Source: Methanobacteriota archaeon (GTDB taxonomy: Archaea; Thermoplasmatota; Thermoplasmata; SG8-5; JAGLSY01). From it: DNA of 64,000 nucleotides. The DNA is taken from NCBI GenBank assembly GCA_020696385.1, contig JAEHCQ010000001.1, forward strand, positions 96,001 to 160,000, read 5' to 3'. This document shows, piece after piece, positions 36,501 through 39,624 of the stretch. The position numbers and the translations under genes are program-made. Each line of letters starts with the position of its first letter. Position 1 is the stretch's first letter. Under the pieces are notes generated by a model, which worked only from the letters and a program-made list of their open reading frames with translations, was not told the origin of the DNA and did no database searches.

Positions 36501-38589
36501 TCGTCTGGGCAGTGAGAGATCCAATAGCACTGACTGAGCCCATATCAGTTCCCCAGGTGAATCCCACACCTGTGATCTCATTACCATACTGGTCGTAGGC
36601 CACTGCTTGTAGCTGTGTTGTATCTCCAACCGATATGGTAACTGGAGAGGGTGTTATCGTGATGTGATCGATGCCTCCGACCTCGACCTGTACATTTGCC
36701 AGACCGGATACGGATCCATTACTGGCGATCACTGTGCCAGTTCCGGGAGTGGTCTGAGCTGTGAAAAAGCCACTGGCGTCTATGGAGCCCGCATTCGTGG
36801 TCCAAATTAAATCCACCCCACTCACAAGATTATTGTAAATATCATAAACAGTGGCTGTGAAGCTCTGTGTGGTTCCCACTTCCAGAGTTACGGAGGAAGG
36901 ATCCAATACAATATGATGCACATCACTGACCACGAGAGTGACACTGGCCATGCCAGTCACCATGCCGATCGTCGCACTGACATATCCCGAGCCAGGAGTG
37001 GAACGGGAAGTGAGGATACCTGCGAAATTGATTACGCCAAGATCAGTACCCCAGAGGATCGTCTCATCGGTTATCGGATTATTGAATCGATCACGAACAT
37101 CGGCCGTGAAAAGCTGTTGGGTCCCAACGACCACGGACACAGGATCTGGTGAGATTATTATAGAATCCACATCAGTGTGCTCTACAGTCGCGATAGATAC
37201 CCCATCTGATAGGCCAGTACTATTCGCGCTCAGGGAGAAAGGTGAATTTATAGCATCCACATCGTAGTAATCCACCTGGATCGAATCAGACATGGCAGGA
37301 ATATTGATCTGAGTAATCGGAGTGTTCGTGCCAACCAATCGGAATTCGCCTGTGACTGAGGTTGAGGAAAGCTGAACAAGAGTATCGACTCCAACAGTCT
37401 CGGGAACTCCAGTCGCATTCTGAGACTGGATCGTGATGGTGGATTGAGCTCCTGCGATCATGGTGAAAGAAGAAGGTATGATGGCCAATTGTGTAATGGC
37501 CAGCTGTGTGGTGATCGGAGCACTGGAGAGTATTGCACCTTCTATTATCGTGGTATCGAAGTAACCGCTGACATCGGCTCCAATATTCCCTGCTGGATCT
37601 GTGACCTCCACCCTTATCAAACATCCCTGCCCGTCTGTGCGGGGCAGATCCCACATATAGGAACCATCATTGGCCTCATTTTCAGAGATCGAGATCCATT
37701 CCAGGCCACCATCCAGTGAATAGAAAATGCTGACCGGATCGGTATCCAGGCCGAAATTATCGTAGGTCATCCACGTGATCTCATAAAGACCACCAATTTC
37801 GAGGTGATCTTGCAGGTCCTGGCTGGTTATTACGACCGTGGGTGAGATGGATCCAATTGTGAAGAAGTCATCACTGACATCATAATTTGAATTGCCTACA
37901 CCATCTCTGGCATATATCTTGACCAGGCATGTCTCACTTTCCATCATGGGAACAAGCCAGGAATATGAACCATCATTGGACTCGCCCTCGATGATCATTT
38001 CCCAATCCAGACCCCCATTTATTGAATATTGAATATCGATACTAACGGGTGATATCAAAAAATTATCACTGGCTGTCCAGTTAATGTATTTCAGCACCCC
38101 ACCCCTGATGACCTCTCCCCCATCAGGTTCATCGACCAAGATAGATGGAGCTGTGGAATCGATGATAAATACATCACTGACATCAAAGACCTCGATCTCA
38201 TCCAGACCGACCACGCCCAATCTTACAAGGCATTCGTCAGAGCTTATGTAAGGCAGTCTCCAACTGAAGGAGCCGTCATCGATCTCCCTGTACGCGATAA
38301 GGGTCCAGGCATTTCCATCATCTATCGAATAATAGATATTGATCGGGTTCACTGCCAGATCGCCAGTGGCATTCCATTCGATGATATGGACATCGCCTCC
38401 TTTCCAGGTTTCATTATCAAAGGAAGAAAGCAGTTCCACAGCAAGTAGAGAGACCCCTGCGTTCAGTTCCGCATCTTCAACACTTTCGAAAGCCGCACTG
38501 CCACTGACTCCAGTCATAAGGCTTGATAATAGTATTGCAATCGATATTAGAAATGCTAGCGGCTTATCTCTCTCGAACTTGTAGGTCAT
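12577..38589 (-). CDS. Giant 8670-aa membrane-anchored adhesin-like glycoprotein (signal peptide, 3 N-terminal beta-sandwich domains, ~80 Big_2-like Ig repeats, DUF11-like domains, vWA, C-terminal GWNL domain, TM helix)
   Basis: Uninterrupted 26-kb ORF; N-terminal hydrophobic stretch; vWA MIDAS VLDTSGSM...GGTP...ITDG...VYTIGLG at about 31100-30450; C-terminal GWNLISIP / GWNLIGYP pair; terminal TMSFILILIGLLVMVF followed by RSRR. Confidence 0.96.
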   Translation of the reverse strand: MTYKFERDKPLAFLISIAILLSSLMTGVSGSAAFESVEDAELNAGVSLLAVELLSSFDNETWKGGDVHIIEWNATGDLAVNPINIYYSIDDGNAWTLIAYREIDDGSFSWRLPYISSDECLVRLGVVGLDEIEVFDVSDVFIIDSTAPSILVDEPDGGEVIRGGVLKYINWTASDNFLISPVSIDIQYSINGGLDWEMIIEGESNDGSYSWLVPMMESETCLVKIYARDGVGNSNYDVSDDFFTIGSISPTVVITSQDLQDHLEIGGLYEITWMTYDNFGLDTDPVSIFYSLDGGLEWISISENEANDGSYMWDLPRTDGQGCLIRVEVTDPAGNIGADVSGYFDTTIIEGAILSSAPITTQLAITQLAIIPSSFTMIAGAQSTITIQSQNATGVPETVGVDTLVQLSSTSVTGEFRLVGTNTPITQINIPAMSDSIQVDYYDVDAINSPFSLSANSTGLSDGVSIATVEHTDVDSIIISPDPVSVVVGTQQLFTADVRDRFNNPITDETILWGTDLGVINFAGILTSRSTPGSGYVSATIGMVTGMASVTLVVSDVHHIVLDPSSVTLEVGTTQSFTATVYDIYNNLVSGVDLIWTTNAGSIDASGFFTAQTTPGTGTVIASNGSVSGLANVQVEVGGIDHITITPSPVTISVGDTTQLQAVAYDQYGNEITGVGFTWGTDMGSVSAIGSLTAQTTPGNGTVTASNGTITGNAPVQVLAGTIHHIDLTPDTLTITVGGTQQFTAIAYDEYDNVIPGMNFNWITDAGTIDGTGLYTAQTTPGFGEVQVINGSITNTALVTVVIGGMDHISVTPDPLTVKVGETQQFTAVAYDAYNNLITGVDFNWTTDVGTIDATGFFTAQTTPIIGTVTVANGTLSHNVPVTVNTGDVDHMTISPDPVTVIVGEPLQFIALAYDSFNNLIPSPMLFWTTDIGVVNSTGYFTARTIPGIGEVNVTSGSVTVSANITVLVGPIDHIVVSPSSKTMVVGTNQSFTAAGYDAYNNSITGLNFTWSTDIGTIDVNGSFTAQTLPGTGVVEATNGSVTGVSNINVIPDIIDHITVTPDPISVVVGKNKQFTAIAYDQFSNVITGVDFTWSTDVGSIGPTGLFTAQTFVSNGVVEASNGSVTGSAFVNVVVGPVDHIIIMPDPITIQVGQDQQFTAIGYDQYNNSIPGMLFTWDTNVGIIDATGLFTAQVTPSSGIVEATNGSVTGNASVIVILGDIDHIVVMPSPVSVKIGETQQFTATAYDIFNNTIPGVSFFWTTDLGIVNSTGFFTAFTVSGTGLLNATAGSVTGSANVQVIADILHHIVISPDPVSVVVGFSQVFTASGYDAYNNLIPNATFLWTTDLGVVNFAGLLTAQTIPGSGYVSASSGSITGSAVVHIIPGDIHHIAVTPDPAHVIVAYNLQFTASARDIYNNDIPGVDFTWATDAGSIDATGRFMAQTTPYTGSVTATNDSIDGSAVVFVIPGSIDHIIVSPDPVTMIVGDTQLFTAVAYDEHDNVIPSVNFIWSTNMGFVDVTGTLTAQTTPGSGLVTAFNSTISGSASVNIIVGPLDHIFVTPDPVDVVVGDHQQFTATPCDVYNNPISGINYVWSSSEGMINSTGYFTAPTWLETVIISATFGTVIGNATANIVSGPMSHIIVSPDPSTRIVGETFGFMASAFDIYNNIIPGMVFSWNTNVGTVDSSGFFTARTTPGTGFMSATNGSITGSAVVNVIVGPVDHITVSPDPETVVVGDSQSFSAVAYDIYDNIVTGVSFSWNSNVGSIDSNGLFTANTNPGSGIVSATNGPISGNASVDVVVGPVDHIIVTPDPTDVDTGESAQFTAVAFDIYNNPITGAIFSWNTNVGVVSSTGYLTAQTSPGSGIINASIGGVTGTAIVNVVPGAITSIVVDPDPVTLIVGDSQQFTAIAYDAYNNPIPGITFTWNSGVGFVNSTGFFTALTTPGSGTVVASYNAASGSASITVVPGPLDHIRVSPDPWTMTTDQGKQFMATGYDLYNNPVAINSTWEIDGGGTVDGTGYFFADQVGSWTIYANDSGVSGNATINILHGVPVSIDVTPASISITADDTLAYVAIAYDADGNAWNVTSGTIFTENDPVGTMVINVYNPGLVGLWTVTGNYGGLTDIASVDVTPGEVALLVLNSPNLVIAGDTFSVTVIVYDSDNNVKTDYTGNISLSSSDPYPATLPADHTFTVVDAGTFTFTGLILYTRISQSVTATDTADANITDQDTIDVHSPYIQPEKSVQDTAEPSDVVTYTIYFNNTGELIAADVWLNDTLPVGVNFISASHGGTESSGVIRWYFADTLPGIYLVTVTVSLDAGLSNDLLLDNWVFCNYTISNGFQMPETSDNALIRTFYLPIMSVDKTVEMIMKDIIVEPDQWGTATIGNSLSYMVNVTNLQPIADSIDMEYMTKLNWLIEIYEADGSTLLSDTNGNGIPDTGILAANDGTISIIVNITVPAFATVGQEDITYVFGTSFNDNSVIDVANINTTVVFSPPKDVVLVLDTSGSMGITDMANLRSAATSFVGQMNNEDRVAIIRFTATGGFGESPWMIQGLTELSAAGRQTTLNNIDSLTGYGGTPIWDAIWDGITLLGGTPNIPVVVAITDGDDSTSEYNNYNNDDVQEFPDGDAQGQLGLNDFNVQDDFMNPYDPSGDGDGGICVAPMHVYTIGLGISSWYEPPLMEVARTSDGGEYYYAPTSAQLAQIYDEIAVAVAQLGGVSATGSKETISAGDTLMYKIYYNNTGIGNAGDVWVNDSLPTCLILQNSNASVPWSYVNGAYSWHFQDVTPGQHWFWVEAEIDNTVVHNQQINNEVDITYTDLDGNLIGGDNASVSVTVSAPIISLDKMVSTTAAQPGDMIQYTIHYNNTGASMALFVWINDSFDPFLEYVSDTAPVTPENGGNNYFWMIPGVMPGNYFFNVMMRVRDATPGGTLIRNQMFADYTNEDNVRHDSSIPSNVVSTSISNTRIDIEKIVNTPISDPLDTLTYTIYYNNTGTDPSDYVWINDTLPAGLTFISATGGGVESAGVVSWALTNVATGPHSFQIVAQVNADVPDGTLLMNTASLNYTDDLGYLLPSSNAQALSVCGALNLTKTSDLSLIPASGTTIVRLTMDIENSHPYLVTNTINVIDTLPPGITWVGNVVLSTGSWSWDGATLDWSIASLQPLESAQLSFDVSISPGGTGAYLINSGASASGTTSTGYIEDATSNQAYVTAVNAPILDIFLWPSSTISTSIETMFLNVTNIGTNGFFQDAGGDDIELEIPAEWGIPFNINLPGGWSFQWSGVSRTLRFYYNGGADYNWAAGTTLSFLFDTQAPANVGKYSFYSTGSIHDGGAMRYDTSKTLDIDVILGPPDYIIITPNPVIITVGGSMAFTATVYDAYNNAIPGADVTWSTDAGFVDAAGFFMAQTTSIAGTVSATNGTITGSASVIVVAGSLDHIIITPNPAIVGAGLTNQFTATAHDLYGNLLPGYDFDWTTNVGIVDGNGLFTAQGTLGNGIVTASNGTISLTVPVTIVAGQIDHIVVTPDPITMTVGELQVFTAVAYDIFNNIILGADLTWSTDVGSVDTSGIMIAQTTPGSGTVTAMNSTVYGYAAVNVIAGELDHIILTPDPATVVVGQVEIFTAIGYDIYDNALLGVSFDWSTNVGSVANGLLSAQITPATGVINAVSGSVAGSAVVNVVPGAINHITITPDPATVIAGDTQLFTATAYDIFNNPISGIDFDWSTDVGVIDASGLFTAQTIPAYGQVTASNSTVAYSATVEVIASAIDHIIVNPDPATVRVGESQSFTAVAYDIYNNVISNVAFTWSTDVGVVDVSGFFTANTLPNIGSVTATNGTVDGSALVEVVVGDVNSISTTPDPAVVSVGGNIQFTAQAFDIYNNLIPNPTFVWSTDVGIVNSTGYFTGQTIPGSGSISASIGVVSGSASIQVTLGPIHHIVVMPNPIKITVANSQAFSAVVYDAYNNQITGVDLVWSTDVGVVDPSGFFTARTSPGYGVVSASNGSVTGSAAVEIEVDALDHIEVTPDPATVIVGEAHQFTATAYDIYNNSISGVDFLWSTNMGVVNSAGLFTAQTTPDSGWITAANNSISDSATVDIILGPLDHLIISPGSVTLVVGNSQSFSAIAYDVYNNIIPDAVLTWSSDVGTINSTGFFTADTVPGIGTVSVFNGSVFNSVDVEVLVGALDHIAVTPNPITVVAGGSQQFIASGYDIYGNEVPGLVFDWATDVGVIDITGLLVAQTVPVAGTVTATNSSFSYPVSVNVVPDAIDHIIVNPDPVDIIVGDTQAFTAAAYDQFDNEISGVDFIWTTDVGVIDQSGLFTAQTNIELGMVTARNNTITRMVIVNIIPGPIDSIIVTPDPSTVVVGETRSFSAIAYDSYNNEIPGVVFAWTTDVGSANAAGLFTAQTVPGEGVITATNGSISTSVNISVIVGDVVTVIVIPDPATVPVGEGLQFAASAFDVYNNPVTDAVILWNTNVGIVNSTGYLTTQTFPQFGWVNAICGAVITNVVVEVVVGDLHHINVMPDPSDVKVGGSQQFTAQGFDVYNNLISDVDLTWSTDVGSINATGFFTAQTVPGIGTVSATNGTLSGSAIVEILIGDINQIAIVPNTASVIAGDSRSFMAIAFDVYFNVIPGVEFTWSTDVGSINTIGTFTAQTMTGSGIITATNATVSSTAAIDIIPGPVDHIDVIPSSNIITVGNTRSFSATAYDIYNNVISGLDIDWSTDVGSVDATGLFTAQTTPGIGTVTATNGTVSGQASVDVVIGSLHHIVVLPNPAMIIVGGTQIFTATGYDLYNNPIPGMSFTWNTNIGSVDAAGTLTAPTTPGAGLVTATNATTSASAIANVVPGAIDHVIATPNPANLTVGDVQQFTSIAYDVFNNVVPGVVFDWSTDIGVIDATGLLIAQTIPGIGIVIATNGTFTDTVDVEVALGAIDHIIVLPDPATIMVGQSLQFTAEGYDVYNNIIPDAPMAWVTDVGSINSTGYFIAQTIPGMGSITVTSGSIIENVNVDVIVGALDHIIVTPDPVTVIVDGNLGFTAVAYDIYDNIIPGVGFDWSTDVGLVNATGHFFAQAIPGIGSVVATNGTFSDSADIDVVVATIDHIIIVPDPVTIIVGDDLGFIAIAFDVFNNVISGVGFDWSTDIGTIDTNGYFIAQTIPGTGMVTVENGSVSYSATITVVEGPVDHIIITPDPVTVVVGETDSFTAIAYDIYNNEIPAIVFDWGTNIGSINSTGYFIAQTIPGSGKVTATNGSVSGHADVNVQIGDISHIIVLPNPVTVTVGGFHQFTATAYDVYNNIISAAPIIWSTNVGVINSTGFLSAQNTPVTGLVGAASGSITGYASIEVIIGPIDHIAITPDPANVIIDGSVQFTAIAYDVYNNEITGIGFDWSTDVGSIDAAGLLIAQSTPGVGSVTVMNGTISGSATVNVILVAIDHIIILPDPLSLIVGDTQQFTAIAYDPFNVTIPGVIFDWGTDIGFVDANGLFTAQIVPGTGIVTATNGSVSYSAVVDVLSGPVDHITVIPDPVSIIVGESQTFSATAYDIFNNVVSEIGFVWTTDIGSVNSTGYFTAQTMPGNGIVTARDGTVSGFANVNVIVGEVDHITITPNPVDIVAGQTLSFNVIAYDIYNNLIPGADLIWSTDVGTVDQNGQFTAQTVTGSGTVTASNGTVSFSAIINIIPGVIDHVILVPDPITVTVGSQQIFTATAYDIYNNAIPGVDFNWNTDVGSVGATGTFVAQTTPANGFVTATNGTFSDTALVDVVIGNVDHVEVLPNPVTITVGQPAQFTAIAYDAYNNVVPSAFFTWTTDAGSINSTGYFIAQTSPIFGQVSATCGFIIGTSSLEIIVGPVDHILVNPDPLNIIINGNQIFNAIAYDVYNNPISGIDFDWSTDVGIIDASGLFTAQATPMAGTVTATNGSISGSANVDVQDITIDHIVVSPDPASVIVGTTHQFTATAYDILNDAIVGVSFTWSTDVGTIDSNGLFTAQLSSAAGIITATNDTVFGSANVDVIVVTVDYIIVSPDPISVAVGEPQSFTAEAYDSFNNLIPGIDFTWSTNIGTIDAFGSFTAQTGTGVGVVTATNDTISGSATVITIPGPVASIVVVQDPVSIVVGESQVFMAIAFDAYSNVISNVDFEWSTDVGTIDSNGLFTAQFMTGTGIITATNGSVSCSSSANILPGAIDHIEVDPDPATVTVGSQQVFTATAYDIYNNMIPGVDMVWTTDAGSIDATGLFDADTIPGSGTVSASNTTITASANVNIVIGQLYEIIIDPDPATVVVGGTQSFTVTGFDIYNNQLPAVNVIWTTNAGSVNVAGLYTAQTVPGTGYVTAANGTVSRSAIVTIVSGPVDHIEVDPNPAIVAVGNDQSFTATAFDLYNNEIVGVGFTWSTNIGSIDATGLYTAQTVPGTGSVTAANDTISGSAVVNVVAGALDHIAVTPNPMVVVVGGTQLFTALGYDVYDNEISGIDFDWSSNIGSVDGTGLLTAQTIPGTGSITAFNGSVSASATVTTVIGPIDHILITPDHASIVVDASHQFIATAYDIYDNEIPGVTFTWSTNIGSVDTAGLFTARSTSGSGTITATNGTISGVAGIDVILTIDHIIVLPDPGMVEAEGILEFTAIAYDEFNNPISGVEFTWSVDLGTIDSNGNFTAPTVPGTGIVSAYNGTVSGLASVVVIPGPIHHIVVIPDTVNVVVDGTKSFMAIAFDQFNNALSGIGFDWTTNIGTIDATGNFTAQSITASGTVTASNGTISSVALVDVIPGVIDHISITPSHVDVVAGQPQSFIATAYDIYNNIVPNADFIWSTDVGSINSIGEFTAQTITGTGTVTASNGTISDAAIVSVVLGAVDHIIVTPNTANMLVGATQSFIAVVYDAYDNIIPGVDLVWGTDIGIVNGTGSFTAQTISGTGVVTVSNGSVECSVPITLTPGALDHIGVLPDPVTVIVGVSRLFSAIAYDIYNNEITGIGFEWSTDVGVIDAAGLLTAQTTPDFGTVTATNGTISDTAAVTIIVGPVHHIVLSPVTATIIVGEVQLFTATVHDVYNNIISGVDLIWTTNVGLIDASGSFTAETVPGAGTVSAANGSVSSSSTVSVIPGALDHILVTPDPKTVSAGASLVFTATSYDIYNNVIVGIGYDWSTDLGIVDNSGFFTAQVIPGIGTVTATNGTFSNFADVNIIPGPLDHIEVVPDPATVVVGDDQTFTAFGYDIYDNVISGIGFEWSVDVGTIDVTGLFTAQTTPGTGSVTATNGTISGQSDLEILIGSLDHIEVLPSSANIVAGESQLFTVTLYDIYNNIISNVDYEWSTDIGSIDASGLFTAQTMTGTGIVTATNGTISDSATVNIIPGPLDHVEVLPNSVTVMVGATEIFIATAYDVYNNVIPGAPFVWFSDVGIIGASGVLIAQSSPDTGVVTATSGTISDTANVTIVPGLVDHIDISPDTLSVVVGASQQFTAIAYDIYNNLVSDADLIWTSDVGTVNATGFFTGYTIPGIGSVTVSNGTVSDSAAVNVVIGNIDHILIVPDPISIAAGNTQQFIATAYDALDNVIVGVEFMWTSDVGTVDGNGLFTAQTMIGSGIVTATNGSTSYSAAVDIVPGVMDHIDVLPSPASVIVGSTQLFTAIAYDVYGNAILGIEFSWSADIGSVDATGLFTAPSVTGAGTITAINGSISGVSNVDIIYGAIDHIIILPNPVSLQVGDTQSFTAVAYDSYNNAIPGTVFTWTTNIGTIDGTGFFTARTVPGLGVVTATNNSVSRSVPVTLLIGPLDHITVLPDPAAVIVDDTLQLTAIAYDVYDNEISGVDFIWNTNVGTIDATGLLTAQSMAGSGTVTATNDTISDSVVVDVMFGGIDHILITPDPVSITAGSSQSFTAVAYDVLDNVIPGVDFLWNTDVGTVGPTGYFIAQIVPDTGIVTASNGSFSYSAIITIIPGSIHHIAVSPDPATVSVGDSEPFIAIAYDQYNNAIPGVGFLWSTNVGSIDINGIFVAQTIPGAGYVTAINGSVSDSVNVDVAIGDVDHIIVTPASLSIIVGGSASFSAIAYDAYNNEIISAIFTWSTDVGTVDATGNFTAQITTGNGFVNVTFGAVTSPVLVDVLPGPIDHITISPDPASVQVGDIQQFTAAALDVYNNAIPGIDLVWVSDVGTVDATGNFTAQITPGFGSIIVSNGTINASAVVNILIGDIDHIDITPDPASVVVGTTQSFSAVAYDQYNNAATGVPFTWSTDVGSITFTGVFTAQTITASGVVTATFGTISTSAIVTIIPGATDHIIVYPGPVVNVIIGGTVQFTALAYDVYDNAIPGIPFAWGTSAGTIDTNGLLTAQSTVGFGFVAALNGLVVGSTNVNIVDVPIDHIELTPSVLAIPVGLTEDFTGTAYDVFNNVILGVDFIWGTTVGTIDNTGLFTAQMTPASGIVTITYGTLTDTSLVTVEQNRFTIDLDIGWNLISIPLIMSDTSTLSVLSSISGDWDQVMYYNSTDTFDHWKTYSTMRPVVLNDLSNIDHTMGFWIHMLNVATLNVTGDRPNNEHMTLHAGWNLIGYPTLNSTVTIGTALAGTGYDKIEGFNALSPYDLEALPDTHVMVPGAGYWVHVPSDIVWNVIMSVPSPVDMGMRDSLPGDISTRGGSDPFMFEDTIWMVDDTAMEDPSMTMDPADGMLVIGHKEFNVKDISGTMSFILILIGLLVMVFNVRSRRWIL
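12587..12593 (-). promoter_or_regulatory. Shine-Dalgarno GGAGGTG for the downstream giant gene, embedded in the last codons of the 8670-aa gene
   Basis: Plus strand cacctcc, 6 nt before the ATG at 12580; that ATG overlaps the upstream TGA (ATGA). Confidence 0.9.
13370..28545 (-). repeat. ~61 tandem 249-bp (83-aa) Ig-like coding repeats (membrane-proximal stalk)
   Basis: Span of about 15.2 kb divided by 249 bp; consensus DHIxVxPDPxTVxVGxxQxFTAxAYDxYNNxIxGVxFxWSTDVGxIDxxGxFTAQTxPGxGxVTAxNGTxSxSAxVxV. Confidence 0.92.
32690..37165 (-). repeat. ~18 tandem 249-bp Ig-like coding repeats (distal block)
   Basis: Same consensus and spacing as the larger block. Confidence 0.9.
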
Positions 38590-38793
38590 GCTATCACGAT
38601 CTCTCTCTCACATCGCTTATCGGAAGTATCCGATACAAGGTTCAGGCAAACCTATCAAATTTTAAAGAATATCGTACCCTATTACAGAATCACTATGATC
38701 CAAACATATATTCTAACATATTTGACTAATTGTTTCCATTCCCCTCATATTTTATCCTATCCTCTAAGATAAAGTATCAAATGATAATCACCA

Positions 38794-38800
38794 TATATAA
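38794..38800 (-). promoter_or_regulatory. Candidate TATA box for the giant-adhesin operon
   Basis: TTATATA on the minus strand about 205 bp upstream of the ATG at 38589; the region is very AT-rich, so other candidates exist. Confidence 0.3.
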
Positions 38801-39268
38801 TGGTATTGTCTATATAACCTACTTATACACCATACCCATATTTATAGGCATAATGAATATACGAATATCAAGAATATGACCTTAATAACTGTTGGTAAAT
38901 TAATATTATTTTAATAATTGAATACTTTTAAAAAAAGCAGGCGAAAATACATGCAAATAACTGAACTTTTTTATTTTTTATATGTCCAAATACATATTAT
39001 GTGTACTATTTATTTAATGTTTAGAGATATAGGCACGAAAAATAGAATTCATACCCCAATATAAACAGCATAAAGTTGTTAAAAAATGATGTGTTATTTG
39101 TAATTATATAAGATGCGATAAATAAATATTAATTTCATGCAAATTTATTGGTTTATTTTTGTGGTTATTTCCATGGATATTTTCATATACTTATTTTGGA
39201 TCTTGATGATGGGGGTATATTGGTATCGGTATCGGCTGTTTTTTATGTCTGCCGATACGTGGTGGATT

Positions 39269-39624
39269 GCCAGGCGGAGGTAGCGCATCTGTACTATTGC
39301 TTTCCTGTGTATTCAAAGTAGCATCGCGGGAAAGAGTGAGAAATAGGCCAGGTGGAGGTAGTGGACCTACACTATTGTTTTCCTGTATGTTCAATGTAGT
39401 GTCGCGGGAAAGAATGAGAAATAGGCCAGGTAGAAGTAGTGGAGTATTCTTTACTGGGTCATTGAATGTAAACGAAAACTTTACTACCTCCACCTTATGC
39501 AGAGATGTAGTAAAGTGCCAGGTCAAGGTAGTGAAGTATTCTTTACTGGACCATTGAATGTAAACGAAAACTTTACTACCTCCACCTTCTACTGAGATGT
39601 AGTAAAGTGCCAGGTGGAGGTAGT
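39269..39624. repeat. rnpB-linked tandem repeat array: five copies of a 16-bp motif equal to the rnpB 3' end, delimiting units of 78, 78, 92 and 92 bp
   Basis: gccaggcggaggtagc 39269, gccaggtggaggtagt 39347, gccaggtagaagtagt 39425, gccaggtcaaggtagt 39517, gccaggtggaggtagt 39609 (the gene's own end). The two 78-bp units resemble each other and the two 92-bp units resemble each other. Confidence 0.92.
39562..39608 (-). terminator. Hairpin plus U-tract immediately 3' of rnpB (second copy at 39470-39516)
   Basis: Minus strand ACTTTACTAC...GTAGTAAAGT 10-bp stem followed by TTTCGTTT. Confidence 0.5.

Noticed and set aside
63-38584. Dozens of 60-390 aa ORFs overlapping the two minus-strand giant genes (e.g. 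20770..21930, 22762..23682, 24010..24870, 35668..36408)
   Set aside because: Antisense or alternate-frame shadows of repetitive coding sequence; unnatural Arg/Cys/His/Ile-rich composition with no recognisable motifs.
38700-39200. Possible replication origin in the AT-rich tract
   Set aside because: No ORB-like G-string repeats seen and no orc1/cdc6 gene in the window.
39191-39557. ORFs 39191..39526 (-) and 39267..39557 (+) spanning the repeat array
   Set aside because: They stay open mainly because the 78-bp unit is a multiple of three; TTG starts, no convincing RBS and no protein features.
39269-39624. Possible CRISPR mini-array
   Set aside because: The repeat is only ~16 bp and degenerate, the intervening segments are 62-76 bp and duplicated pairwise rather than unique, no cas genes are in the window, and the repeat equals the rnpB 3' end.
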